The notes: generated from the letters alone by a model not told the origin. Positions 27,531-41,586 are shown, counted from the stretch's first letter. The stretch: 64,000 nt of DNA from Octopus vulgaris (GCA_951406725.2 OX597825.1:65534001-65598000), one strand, 5' to 3'. A program made the numbers and translations.

Positions 27531-27933
27531 CTAAAACCACAAGGGAGAAATGTATTCACTTGTAAATAAAAAAACACAGCTTATGAATAACTTTATAAAT
27601 ATGTAAACATGTTATAAATATAATATTTTACCCAGATGTCTACTTATTCCATTAAATTTTTCAAAATTTGTGTTTAAGACAAGATGATAAATTCATTTCT
27701 TTTCACTGTTCAACATTGTCTAGTACACCAGCACTAGAAATAATTTCTAAAATGTATCATGTTAATGCAGGGCTGTGTGGTTAAGGGGTTGCTTCCCAAC
27801 CATTTGATGTTTGGTTCAGTCCCACAGCCTCATACCTTGGTCAAGTGTTTCTTTTTTACAATAGCCAAGGGCTAATCAATATCTTTTCGTTGGGTTTGGT
27901 AAATAGAAACTGAAAGAAGCCTATTGTATATTT

Positions 27934-28146
27934 ATTCCTTTATTGCCCACAGGGGACTAAACATAGAGGAGACAAACATTAAGTCAATTACATCGACCCT
28001 AGTAAGTTACTGGTACTTATATAATTGACCCTGAAAGGATGAAAGGTAAAGTCAACCTCGGCAGAATTTGAGCTCAGAATATGACAGCAGACGAAATAAC
28101 GCTAAGCATTTCACCCAGCATGCTAACGGTTCTGCCAACTCACCGT
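27934..28146 (-). mobile_element. Nin-domain-like SINE nested in a degenerate SINE A
   Basis: 13-bp TSD CTATTGTATATTT at 27921-27933 and 28147-28159. Confidence 0.88.
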
Positions 28147-29630
28147 CTATTGTATATTTGTGCATGTGTGTGTGTGTATGTGTGTGAGACCATCATACAA
28201 ATATTGTCCTTCAAAACATGAGGAAATATTTCCATGCTTGCAAACAGATGAGGTTTGTGACAGGAAGGGTATCTGGCTGTGGAAAATGTACTTCAACAAA
28301 TTCCGCCTGAACCGTACAAGCACAAAAAAGTGAATGTTAAAATGGTGATGATCATATGCATTATATATATATATATATATATACATATACACACAAACAT
28401 GTGATCAAAGACATGCTCACATTTATACACACACATGCATACACACACATACACACATACACACACACAATTACTGTGACATCTCTAGAATAACTCGCTC
28501 AACCAAAACCTTTCAATTTTGACAATGCTAGATCTCAGTATTTCTTATGAATGAATCATCTTCCCCCCCCAAAAAAAGAACCTTGCCTAGACTTGTGCCT
28601 CAGGGAGGAAATTTGTAGGTGCAACCTCAAGGTCATTCAGGACTAAAGAGTGTCATTTTCCTTTTCTCTCTCTTTCCTTCACCCCCTATTTTCTCATTTT
28701 CCCTTTTTCTCACATTTTCTCTTCTTAAACAAGATTTATAGTATCACAAGAAATAAGGTAGCATGGTTACACTTGAGATGCCTGTCAAAAAAGGAAATAT
28801 CTGTATTGAAAAGTCCTTCCTGCCGGGTAAATGGGAAGAATGAGCTGTGGATCAGACCATCCTTTGGATTTAGCTGATAAACTACACAGCAGAGGGACTT
28901 TTCAATCTCAGAAGATTGTTGAGCCATATGCCTTGTGGTATTTGTCTCACTATTTTACATTCTAAATGCCAATCCCACCATGACCTATTTGTCTAGTTTA
29001 ACCCCCACACCCCATCAACCTGGTATCTTGGGTGATTTTAGAGAAGTCCATTCTGTTGAAGTCAGTTGAGCTAGGACTTCAGTTAGAGGAGGGTACTTTA
29101 CACCACTTTCTCCCTCCATTTCCCTCCCACCACTACCACAGGACCCTTAATGGGTCATGGGTACCGGCTAAAAGATTAAATAATTAATTATATAAAAGGA
29201 AAAAAAAATGGTATAAAAGACAAAAATGCTAGCTAAAAGAAAAAAATATTAGTCCCACCTGACTAAAAGATTTAAGAAAGAAAAAAAAGCAAAATTAATT
29301 CTCCTGAACTTTTAACTAAATGTACTTAATGAATTTTAATGAACTTTAAACTAAAAACTACAATTCCATTATCAAGATCAATCAAATATCAATACAATAT
29401 AGTAGTCAGCATTTTCCTTTATCATAGACTTTCATAGTTCTATAATGTTATGATAGAAAAGCAGAGCAGACGATGATTGCAAACACTAAGGTAAAAATTC
29501 CGAGTATAAAAATTAAGCAAAAATTCAAGACAAAAGAGACTAGCATTTGGTATGAACACTTTAAGAATACTTTTGGCATTGTCATTGTTGTTGGTTGTTG
29601 CTGTTGTTGTTGTTGTTGTTATCACTGTCT

Positions 29631-29666
<36 letters not shown>

Positions 29667-29734
29667 GTCATTACCATGATCAATCATCTTTCTTTCAGAA
29701 TCATCATATCACCATTGTTGTCTCTTCATCTTCC

Positions 29735-30050
29735 TCCCCATCGACTTCTTACTCCTCACCGTCCTCCTCATCGTCTTCCTCCCCGTCGTCTTCTTCCTCT
29801 TCATCTTCCTCCTCTTTGCCTTCCTCCCCATCATCTTCTTACTTTTCATCTTCCTCCTCGTCATCTCCCCCTCATCGTCTTCCTCCCCATCGTCTTCTTC
29901 CTCTTCATCTTCCTCCTCTTTGCCTTCCTCCCCATCATCTTCTTACTCTTCATCTTCCTCCTCGTCATCTCCCCCTCATCGTCTTCCTCCCCATCGTCTT
30001 CTTCCTCTTCATCTTCCTCCACTTTGCCTTCCTCCCCATCATCTTCTTCC
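29735..30050. repeat. Pyrimidine-rich minisatellite, 104-bp unit x3
   Basis: Anchor TTTGCC ends at 29820, 29924 and 30028. Confidence 0.85.
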
Positions 30051-30441
30051 CCTTCGTTTTCCTCATTTTCACTTCTCATCTTCCTCCCACTCGTCTTCTT
30101 CATCTTTTTCCTCCTCCTCCTCCTCCTATCTTCCACCTACTAACCTCTCTCCACTTTTTCATTTCATCATCATTTCGTACCATATTTTCACAACTGCTTT
30201 CACCATCACAACCACCAACCACCATCTTTGCCAACCCTAATATCCTCTGGTATCTCTTTTTACATCTTTTTGGTAACCTTTTCTCTTATTTCTCATCTTT
30301 GTCCATCATCTGTTGCTCAACCAAGTATCCAACGGCAGGTTTCTGTTCTTCTTTCTCTATCTTGAAACAATTGTTGTGATTAATAAAATTTCTCGTATAT
30401 TCCATCTCCTGTCTTTTACCAAATATATATATATATATATT

Positions 30442-30729
30442 GTGGAGGCGCAATGGCCCAGTGGTTAGGGCAGCGGACTCGCGGTCGTAGGATCGCGGTT
30501 TCGATCCCTAGACCGGGCGTTGTGAGTGTTTATTGAGCAAAAATACCTAAAAAGCTCCACGAGGCTCCGGCAGGGGGTGGTGATCCCTGCTGTACTCTTT
30601 CACCACACTTTCTCTCACTCTTTCTTCTGTTGGCCTGCTTGCTTAGCCAGCGGGGTGGCGTCATTCGAAGGCTAAAACAATGCAAACGCATTGTGACCAG
30701 CGATGTGTAACAACATCTGATGGTCTGGT
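30442..30729 (+). mobile_element. tRNA-derived SINE head A with RTE-like 3' tail
   Basis: A box TGGCCCAGTGGTTAG, B box GGTTTCGATCCC; tail TGTGACCAGCGATGT...CTGATGGTCTGGT resembles the RTE 3' end near 6035-6075. Confidence 0.85.
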
Positions 30730-31369
30730 ATACTCAGACGTAGGAGTGGCAGTGTGATAAGTAGCTTGCTTACAAACCACATGGTTCCGGGTTCAGTCCT
30801 ACTGCGTGGTACCTTGGGCAAGTGTCTTCAACTATAGCCTCGGGCTATAGTAGAAGACACTATAGTGAGTGGATTTGGTAGACAGAAACTGAAAGAAGCC
30901 CATCACATATATGTATATATGTATGTGTGTGTATATGTTTGTGTGTCTGTGTTTGTCCCCCGACATCGCTTGACAACAGATGCTGGTGTGTTTACGTCCC
31001 TATAACTTAGTGGTTCAGCAAAAGAGACCAATAAGTACTAGGCTTTCAGACAAGAAGAACTGAGATCGATTCATTTGACTAGAAGTTCTGAAACAAAAGA
31101 TGAAAGATAAAAAATTAATACATACATATATCTGTGTGTCTAGCTGTGTCGTTAATTATAGCATTACCAAAGCGACTAGAGAATATCTAGTCATAAAACT
31201 AATCTACAATTTACTAGGCTTACAAAGAATAAGTCATGGGGTCGATTTGCTCGACTCTAGGCTCTGCTCCAGCATGGCCACAGTCAAACGACTGAAACAA
31301 GTAAAAGAGTAAAAGAGACTACATACAGTTAAGTATATGTTTATATAGCCCTGTGTGGCTAATAAAGAA

Positions 31370-31426
<57 letters not shown>

Positions 31427-32035
31427 TATATTAATATATATATATATATTTAGAGAGAGAGAGAGATGGAAGGAGGGAGACATTGACAGAGACAGACAGA
31501 CAGAAAAACGCTTATATATATACATATATACGTATATAAACTACAACTCTATATTTTAGTGATAAAAAAATGCCATGAAAGGAAACAAAATTTTCAGAAA
31601 ACGTTATGTAAATATAGAAAAAAAAATGTGAAAAAAAGGGAGAAAAATTGTCCAATTCTTCAGACATTTATAGAGATAGACCATAATTCATTTTCCAATA
31701 AAAGTGAATTCTTCATTTATAGACCAAAATCAATATACTAATTCTATTCCATGACATTCTGAAATGGACCCAGGATTCATTAGTTACACATGAAAGACAC
31801 TGTTACATAGTTTAGTGGGTCACAGAATTTTGTGTGTCTGTATCTGCACATAATTTCTGTATATATGCGTGTGTGTATGTGTGTGTGTGTGTATGCTTCT
31901 ATGGATGTGTGTTTGTTCTGTGTATATGTGTATAGGTGTATGCGTGTGCATATGTCTACGGTATGTGTTTGTTTCCCTCCTATGTGTTTTGTATTGACAT
32001 AGTTTTCACTCTGAACGAAAACAATACCGGAGCAC

Positions 32036-32176
32036 TTAACTTAAATGGATTGTTATTGGTCTCTGTTTTCCTGCTTCCATCATCTGGTTACAGGTTAATG
32101 CAGGATGAACAAGGGATGGCCGGAGATGGTTTAAGTCTGGATCACCAGGGGTATCCATTGAAAACTGTTGGTGACC
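32036..32176 (-). CDS. Candidate terminal coding exon of an unidentified gene
   Basis: Strong acceptor cctttcttttctctacag; unique, relatively GC-rich island; phase 1 xSPTVFNGYPW* (stop 32142-44) or phase 0 GHQQFSMDTPGDPDLNHLRP...IHLS* (stop 32036-38); no good donor. Confidence 0.5.
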   Translation of the reverse strand, partial: GHQQFSMDTPGDPDLNHLRPSLVHPALTCNQMMEAGKQRPITIHLS

Positions 32177-34102
32177 CTGTAGAGAAAAGAAAGGCCATCC
32201 CACATTTCATCATCATAATCATCATTCTCATCATCTCTTTACTCTCTTTTCTACTCTTTTACTTGTTTCGGTCATTTGACTGCGGCCATGCTGGAGCACC
32301 GCCTTTAGTCGAGCAAATTGATCCCAGGACTTATTCTTTGTAAGCCTAGTACTTATTCTATTGGTCTCTTTTGCCGAACCGCTAAGTTACGGGGACATAA
32401 ACACACCAGCATCGGTTGTCAAGCAATGTTGGGGGCACAAACACAGACATACAAACATATACACACACATACATATATATATATACGGTGGGATTCTTTC
32501 AGTTTCTGTCTACCAAATCAACTCACAAGGCTTTGGTCAGCCCGAGGCTATAGTAGAAGACATCTACTTTTCCATGCTTGCATCAATCTTTTCCATGCTT
32601 GCATCAGTCAGTTGGATCCTCTTGAGACAAGCATTCTATGGTTGGATGTCATTTATAATAAAGAGGTAAAGACCTCATTCGGTCATGACTGACCATGGGG
32701 TTGCACCTAGAAAGTTACCCTCCCAGGCACAAGTCCAGGTAAGGTTGTTTATGGAAAGCTAGCAGTCGCCTATGCATACCAACCTCTCCTCTCCAAGCCA
32801 TCGACATTATTCAAGGAAAAGGCAAAGGCTGATACAGCTTGGCACCAGTGACATTGCAAATCATTTCTACATCTGAGTGAACTGGAGCAACGTGGAATAA
32901 AGTGTCTTACTGAAGAACACAACACACAGCCCAGTCAGGGAATTGAACTCACTACCTCATGATTATGAGCCTGATGCTCTAACCACTCAGCATATAGATG
33001 GATCCATTTCACTTGTAATTGTTTCTGATTTATGTAGAACCCCAGTACATTACTGGTACTATATTTGATAGACCACATAAAAAGCACCATCTGAACGTGA
33101 CTGATGCCAGCGCCGCCTTGACTGGCTCCTGTGCCAGTGGCATGTAAAAGGCACTAACCGATCGTGACCGTTGCTAGCCTCCTCAGACCCTTGTGCCGGT
33201 GGCACATAAAACGCACCCACTACACTCATGGACTGGCTGGTGTTACGAAGAGCATCCAGTTGTAGAAACACTGCCAGATCAGACTGGAGTCTGGTGCAGC
33301 CTCCTGGCTTCCCAGACCCAGGTCGAACCGTCCAACCCATGCTAACATAGAAAACGGATGTTAAACGATAATGATGATGATGATGATGATAATTGATAGA
33401 CCCTGACTATATTTTATCAACCCAGTGACCCCCAGAAGAATTAAAGACAAAGCCGGGAATTCGTCATTACTATTGACCACAGTATTTTACTGATATACTT
33501 TATTTTATCAACCCCCAGATAGATGAAAGCGAAATTGACACCAGTGGGAATTGAACTCAGAATGTAAAGAGTCAAAACATACCGCAAGGTATTTTGTCCA
33601 ATGTTAAATGATCTTATGACAAGGCAGCTAGATGGCAGAGACATTAGCATGCCGGGCGAAATGCTTAGTGGCATTTCGTCTGTCTTTACATTCTGAGCCC
33701 AAATTCTTCTGCGGTTGACTTTACCTTTCATCCTTTCGGGGCCGATAAATTAAGTATCAGTTGTGTACTGGGGTGTATCTAATCGACTGGCCTCTTCCCA
33801 CAAAATTTCAAGCCTTGTGCCTAGAGTAGAAAATGATATAATGATCTCATGACTCTGCTAGCTTAGTTCAATATAAATTCATGAATGAACAATGTGTAGA
33901 CATTGAATGGGGATATGACAGACAGATTGAACACCATAAATGCATGTTAGACTGATGTGTTTGTTGATGGGGCCCAACAGAAATCCTGCCCCGACTTTAT
34001 TCCAAACATGTAAAGCCTTATCACAAGGGTGTCAGATAACGGGACAACAATATTAATTATTTCTAATTTAGGCACAATTTTGGGAGAAGGGCATTGGTCA
34101 AT

Positions 34103-34339
34103 ACCTATTTCTTTATTACCCACAAGGGGCTAAACATAGAGGGGACAAACATGGACAGACATAGGTATTAAGTCGATTATATCGACCCCAGTGCGTAACT
34201 GGTACTTAATTTATCGACCCCGAAAGGATGAAAGGCAAAGTCGACCTCGGCGGAATTTGAACTCACAACGTAACAGCAGCCGAAATACCGCTAAGCATTT
34301 CACCCGACATGCTAACAATTCTGCCAGCTCGCTGCCTTA
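34103..34339 (-). mobile_element. Nin-domain-like SINE, well-preserved copy
   Basis: Colinear with 13175-13407. Confidence 0.88.
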
Positions 34340-34728
34340 GCCATTACCATCAACCCTATTATTTTACTGGGGAATGAAAAGCAAAATTAATCTTGGTGGA
34401 ATTTGAACTCTGGTTAATTTGAACTAAAGCTAAAACCACTAAACATTTTTCTGATGCTCTTGCAATTCTGCCAGTTTGCTGACATCAAGAAAATAAGAGT
34501 TTCTAATTCAAGCACAAAGGCTTATAATCTCGAAGGGAGGGACCTAATTAGCACCGTCAACCAAAATACTTGTCTGATATTTGATTTTTATCAAACCCAG
34601 CGAGATGAAAAGCAAAGTTAACCTTAAATAAGAATTGAACTTAGAACATAAAGAGCTGGAACAAATACTGCCAGGCATTTGTTCTGACGATTTTAATGTT
34701 TCTGCCAATCCACTACTCTTGGGACAGC

Positions 34729-34761
<33 letters not shown>

Positions 34762-35296
34762 ACAAATAATAATAATAATAATAATAATAAAAATTCTTTG
34801 AATGGTGAAAGAGGAATCATGAGACAGTGATGACAACAATGATGATGATGGTCATGACGATGATGACGATGATGATGATGATGACGATGATGATGATGAT
34901 GATGAAGGCAGTGTCGTTGGTGGTGGTGGTGGTGGCGATGGTATTGATGGTGGCAGGAGTGGTGGTGGTGGTGGTGGGAAAAATGGTGGCGATGATAAGA
35001 TTAGAAAACTTCAGTTTTATATATTAAATAATGGAACCGATCAATATTGATGGTTCCAATTGATCAATGGATGACCTCCAGCATAACAACTAACCCTACC
35101 CACCCCCACACGCACCCATACACACACACACACTTCTTTCTTTTTCTGTGTCTATCTAAGTGTGAATGTATGCAGTTGAGTGAGTGTATATATGGTTTTG
35201 TGTGTTTGTGTTTGTGTGTTTGTGTTTGTGTGTGTGAGTGTGTGTGTGTTTGGGTAGGTATGTAAGTTGCATTATATTAGTATATATATATATATA

Positions 35297-35345
<49 letters not shown>

Positions 35346-35796
35346 GTATATATATATATGTGTGTGTGGGATTATGTTTGTATATATGTATGTGAGAGTA
35401 TGTCTTATGTAAGTATATATATATGTGAATGTGTGTGTGTATATATATATATGTGTATGTGTGTGTGTGTATGTCTATATGCGTATGATATATATACATA
35501 CTCACACACACATACACATATATATATATATGTAAATGTATACATATATCTGTGTAGGTGTACATATATATTCATGTATATGTGTGTATCTATGTATCTA
35601 TCTATCTATGCATGTATGTCAGCGCGTGTGTATATATATGTGTATGTGTGTATGTATGTAGGTGTGTGTGTTTGTATGTATATGTATGTATGTACATACT
35701 TATACATATATATAGTGAAAGAGAGAGTTGAGAGAGCATATATATATATACATATATATAAGTGTGTGTGTGTACGTGTATATGTGTATGTCTGCT

Positions 35797-35845
<49 letters not shown>

Positions 35846-36520
35846 ATGTGTGTGTGTGTGTATGGCTGTATAAACATGTCTCTAAGTTTACTTATTATAT
35901 TGACACTATTTTCTTTTATTCTTATTTTATTCTTTTTTATTTTTTTGTTTTTGCTGCTACTACTACACTTCTTCTTCTTTCTTTCTTTCTTTCTTTCTTT
36001 CCTTCTTTCTTTCTGCTGCTGCTACTGTTTTCATACTATCATTTCATTATAAACAAAATGACATACAAGACATCAATTTTTGATAAGTTATCAATGAATT
36101 TTCTCAAAATAACCGACCAATGAAAGAAAGGCATATATTTTTAGATTTCTGCATCAATACATCCCACCGTAACATTTTCATCTAATTAGCCTCTTTGGCC
36201 TTGTGATATTACAACAATTTTTATTATTGCTGACCTCTTTAATTATTGTCATAAATCTCCCTCCACTGTCTTGCTGTTGTTGTTGTTGTTGTTGTTGTGT
36301 GTGTGTGCTTATGTCACTATAGAAATGTGTGTGTGTGCATGTGTGTATATTTGTATGTATGTACAAGAGTATATGCTTGTATACAGGAGTGCACATGCAT
36401 GTATATATGTGTATGTATAATTGTGTGTATATATATATATATATTTATATATGTATATATACATATATTATGTATAATGTGTGTACACATGTAAATATGC
36501 ATGTGTGTGTATATATATAT

Positions 36521-36567
<47 letters not shown>

Positions 36568-37133
36568 TATGTATGTGCACATACACATAAGTACAAATTG
36601 TTGGTGTATACATGTGTGTATATATAAATATAGGGAGAAATAGTTGGAGAGATGTCTATACACACACACATGTGTGTGTATGTGTATTGAAGTATTGAAA
36701 TATAGACGTATCAATATATATACATATATGAAGATATACATATATATCTTACACATCTAAATATAAATATACATATATATTATATATGTTTATATATATA
36801 TATATCTTTGTGTATATATTATATTATAATCATATATATATATACACATATATATATATTTATATATATATATATATAATCTACTTCATATCTTTCTCCT
36901 TCTCCAAACTAGTCAACTCCTACCCTCACCTTTCACTGACTCTTCTCTCTGTTGTTGTTTGTTGTTGTAAGATCAATCCCCCAATATCTTGTTTAGCTTA
37001 ATTAACATTGACTTACACATCGATGCCAACAATGCACAAAATGGATTTTTGTTTTCAAGAATTGAGAGAATTTGCTATAAATAAATGAATTCATAATATG
37101 ACTTTGGCCATAAGTGTAATCGTATATAATATA

Positions 37134-37204
<71 letters not shown>

Positions 37205-37295
37205 ATGCAAGGATGTGTTCCCTTTTTTTGCGTATGTAAGCATGTATGCATACACACACAAATGTATGTGCATGTGTGTATTTATATATACACTC

Positions 37296-37373
<78 letters not shown>

Positions 37374-37550
37374 ACATGGAGATATACATACATATGTGTG
37401 TATACATAAGGTCATGTATATCTATGTGTGCATGTGAATATATACGTATATATGCATGTGTATATATGTATGAATATATATATATATGTATGTGTATATA
37501 CATATATATATGTATATATATATTTATGTGTGTATATATATATATATTTA

Positions 37551-37581
<31 letters not shown>

Positions 37582-37756
37582 CATTTATTTATAGCAAATA
37601 TATATATATATTCATATATGTATATATATATATATGTAGATATAGATAAAGATAAAGATATATTCATAGATATATATGTGTTTGTACGTGTACATACACA
37701 CACATAAAAATATCCGCACGCACACACGCACACACACACACACACACTCACTCACA

Positions 37757-37787
<31 letters not shown>

Positions 37788-38149
37788 TAATATTAATATA
37801 AATATTTATATTAATCAATACACAAGAGAAAACATAAACAGTCTTTCGGGGGTAACAGACTGTGTTATCGTCCTTTAGAGAATATAGTTGATGTTATTAA
37901 AGTTATTTCGTTTATGATACATTGAATTTAACATCCTAAAAATCATTGAACAGTAGTAAAGTTAAGAACACCGTGTTCAAATGCCTGGCAAGAACTTAGC
38001 TATTAAATTATTATGACAATAAAAATTCTTTAGAAAGCTAACATTACTAGACTTCTTGTCTGTGGTTAGCACTCTTGTGACATATCTTTTATTGCTCTGT
38101 TACTGATTTATCTTGTAGTTTTTGTTTTTGCTTGCTTATTTTTTTTCTT

Positions 38150-39280
38150 GGACATTGGGTATAGTGAAAATGATGGCAATGTATGTATTATACTAAATAT
38201 ATGTATGCTGCTAGCAAGCAAATCACTGCTGTTTCCAGCTGAGATAGAATCTCTTATATATGTATCACGTTTAAGATCGCAATGATTATTGGAGATAGCC
38301 AAAAGATCATCCTCGCAGTATTTAATGCAAATGCTAGGTGCATTTCAGCCCGTTTAATGACATGTAGTTGCAACCACATGCCAAAACATAATCTATTGTC
38401 TGCAATACATGAAACAGTGAATGATACATTCACCAATATTACAAATAGTTGCTGGGCTGCCTAAAAATTTAGTATATGCAATTTAAGCAGCATTAAATTA
38501 AAATAGCCACCTATGTATCATACTTAACATATATACACTGTTGACAGGCAAGTTACATGGAGTTTCATCCTAGATAAAATCTCTTAAGGATATCTGTGTT
38601 TAAAAAAACAATATATATATCAAAGAGAGAGTGAAAAAGTTCTTGCTAGTGGCCAGCAACCAGTATGAATGCGAGGTGTAGTTCAGCTTTGTTAGGCCTT
38701 GTCACATGCCTAGATATAATCTGTCCCTTCTCAAATAAGAAAGAGTAAAAAAATATATTCACTGATATTACAAATAGCTAGTGAGCTTCATAAAAATCTA
38801 GTATATGCAATTGAAGCAGTATTAATTAAAATAGCCACCTATGTATCATATTTAATGTATACACACAGCTGACAGGCACGTTAAATGGAGTTTCATCCAA
38901 GATAAATTTCTTAAGGAAGTGCTGTGTTTCAAAAGAACACAATATATATAAAAGAGAGATGAAAAGCATGATCCTGTCCGTGGCCAGCAGCCAGATGCAG
39001 TGAACCCTTATTGGGCCTTGTCTAGGACATATACTCACAGCCACATGCCTAGATATAATCTATCACCTCTGATATAAGAAAGAGTAAAAAATACATTCAC
39101 TGATATTGCAAATATATGGTGGGCTACATAAAATTCTAGTATATGCAATTGAAGTGGTATTAAATTATGATACCCACCTATGTATCATATTTAATGTATA
39201 TACACAACTGGCAGGGAAATTAATGTGGGTTTTTTATTGTCTGAGATAAAATCTGTTATGGGTGTGTTGTGTTTTGACCA
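38150..39280. repeat. Diverged tandem array, ~330-345-bp unit, 3-4 copies
   Basis: GTATATGCAATT at about 38472/38801/39139; CACATGCC at about 38375/38703/39042; AGATAAAATCT-like at about 38240/38571/38899/39242. Confidence 0.85.
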
Positions 39281-39606
39281 TCATTCACTTTGTAGTTAAT
39301 GTATTCCAAATGAAAAGTTTTGTCACTGATCTTCAGTTAACGATTTGATTGGCTTTTAGCCAATCAAACAATAAAAAGTTTTTTCTTTTTGATTTTTTTG
39401 TAAAATTTGTGTTAAGAGTGGCCTTGATCAGTTAAGATTGACCAGGCTGAGAGAAATGTATGTATGTATGTATGCATGTATGTATGTATGTATGTATGTA
39501 TGTATGTATGTATGTGTGTATGTATGTATGTATGTGTGTATGTATGTATATGTGTGTGTGTGTGTATATGTATGTATGTATGTATGTATATACCTATGTG
39601 TTTTTT

Positions 39607-39790
39607 ATGATCCACAAAGAGCAGAACTTATCTGCAGCTCTTGGTGGTCCAAATCAGAAGTGCAATCTATGTAGGGGTCTTTGCAGAACATTGTCTGGTT
39701 TAAAAAGCCACATCAGATGCCATGATGGTGCTAAAGTGTAGATACAGGAGGTGGCCAAACACTGCATAAGGAGTAGATATCCACCATGTA
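39607..39790 (+). mobile_element. RTE-clade LINE 3' end with C2H2-like zinc finger
   Basis: QKCNLCRGLCRTLSGLKSHIRCHDGAKV* (stop 39741) fits the CxxC...GLxSHxRxH C-terminus of RTE ORF2; short 3' UTR running into (ATGT)n. Confidence 0.78.
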
Positions 39791-40390
39791 TGTATGTATG
39801 TATGTATGTACATACATGCACAAGTATGTGCATATGTATATTTGTATGTAGGTAATCAATGACTCTCTCTCTGATATTCATTTGTTGTAATATACAGGGG
39901 AAAGAGAGACTAAATGAGTGCATAACTTTTATGGTATATGGGAGAAAGGGAGCACAGGGCTGTGGTAGAATAAATAAGAGTTTGTGATGGAAAATGATGA
40001 TTAGTAAATACCTTCAGAGAAGGTTTTAGCATGGTTACTTTCGATGGGGAAAGGTTCAATCTGAGGGAGAACTACCATTTGGTAATTATAAATAAAATAT
40101 CTTAGATACCTCATCTCCTTGTTCATTTCTGTGATCACACTTTGTTATCTTTAAGCGCCATGATTCTGACGATAATGGAAATAATTATGATGAGGCAAAA
40201 TAACAACAAAATAACAACAAATATTGTCTCAAATAAAATGATATTGATTATTCATAATGAAAACGTTTATTAGAAAAATAATTACCTCGATGTTGTAAAC
40301 ACAGGGAATATTTGTTTTGTAAGTATATATTATGTAAACATCTATAAATAATTACCCAAACTGAGCAATTTAGTTTGTTTACATAATATT

Positions 40391-40428
<38 letters not shown>

Positions 40429-40496
40429 GATGTATGTAGATGTATGTATATATATATATATATATATATGTAGATGTATGTAGATGTATGTATATA

Positions 40497-40531
<35 letters not shown>

Positions 40532-41176
40532 GGTGTGTGTACAAAAAATATCAAAAATGTTAAGCTAAGTTTCACGGCAACATTACAAAATAAATTTACC
40601 CACCTACTCATTCCAACCCCCGACCCCTTTTTCGCAAAACAAGATGATAAATGATGACGAAAACCTTCAGTGTCAAATGTAATATTGAGTAAAGAGATTG
40701 GTTAATAGTTTCCAATAAATTACTTCAATAGTAAATCTCTATGAAATGGTAATACCATTGGACTAAGTGTCTGTAATTAAAATAGAGGAATTTAACGATT
40801 TAATTATGTTTTTCCAATACAAATACTGGGTTGGTTGGTTAGTTGGTTGGTTGGCTGGCTGGCTGGCTGGTTGGTTGGTTAGCTGGTTAGTTGGTTGGCT
40901 TTTTGGCTGGTTGGTCGGTTGGTCCGTTGGTGGTTGGGTTGGTCGGTTGGCTAGCTGGTTGGTCAGTTGGTTGGTTGGTTAGGTTTGGAAGTTTAGAAAC
41001 ATTTTCATCAGGTATTGTCTAAAAAGAATTTGTATTTTAATAGTTACTAATAATTTATATGTGTGTATATGTATGCATGTATATATATATATATATATAG
41101 GTAAATATACTCAATATACTCACAAAAACACACAGATATTATCTATTATATAGGCATGGATAATATCTATTTATAT

Positions 41177-41586
41177 AGGCGCAGAAGTGGCTGTGTGGTA
41201 AGTAGCTTGCTTACCAGCCCCATGGTTCCAGGTTCAGACCCACTGCATGGCACCTTGGGCAAGTGTTTTCTACTATAGCCTTGGGCTGACCAAACCCTTA
41301 TAAGTGGATTTGGTAGGCAGAAACTGAAAAGATGCCTGTTGTATATATAAATACATATATATGTATATGTATGTATGTGTATATGTTTGTGTGTGTCCCC
41401 AACATCACTTGACAACCGATGCTGGTGTGTTTATGTCCTCATAACTTAGCGGTTTAGCAAAAGTGCCGAATAGAATAAGTACTAGGCTTACAAAGAATAA
41501 GTCCTGTGGTCGATTTGCTCATCTAAATGCAGTGCTCCAGTATGGCCACACTAAAAATGACTGAAACAAATAAAAGAGTAAAAGCG
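41177..41586 (+). mobile_element. SINE family A copy
   Basis: Full length, colinear with family A. Confidence 0.88.

Noticed and set aside
29552-30379. 275-aa ORF with an apparent signal peptide, poly-His and Ser/Pro-rich region
   Set aside because: Built from (GTT)n, (CAT)n and a 104-bp repeat that shifts frame with each unit; pyrimidine-rich DNA lacks stops by composition
30442-30520. tRNA-like sequence with A and B boxes (also at 17077, 21984, 54754, 60248)
   Set aside because: SINE heads that run into repeat bodies; no complete cloverleaf or T-run terminator
31791-31812. TGAAAGACA, similar to the start of miR-71
   Set aside because: Only the seed region matches and no precursor hairpin is evident
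38150-39280. CRISPR-like or snoRNA array interpretation of the tandem repeat
   Set aside because: Eukaryotic context, whole units are homologous with no unique spacers, and no consistent C/D or H/ACA boxes were seen
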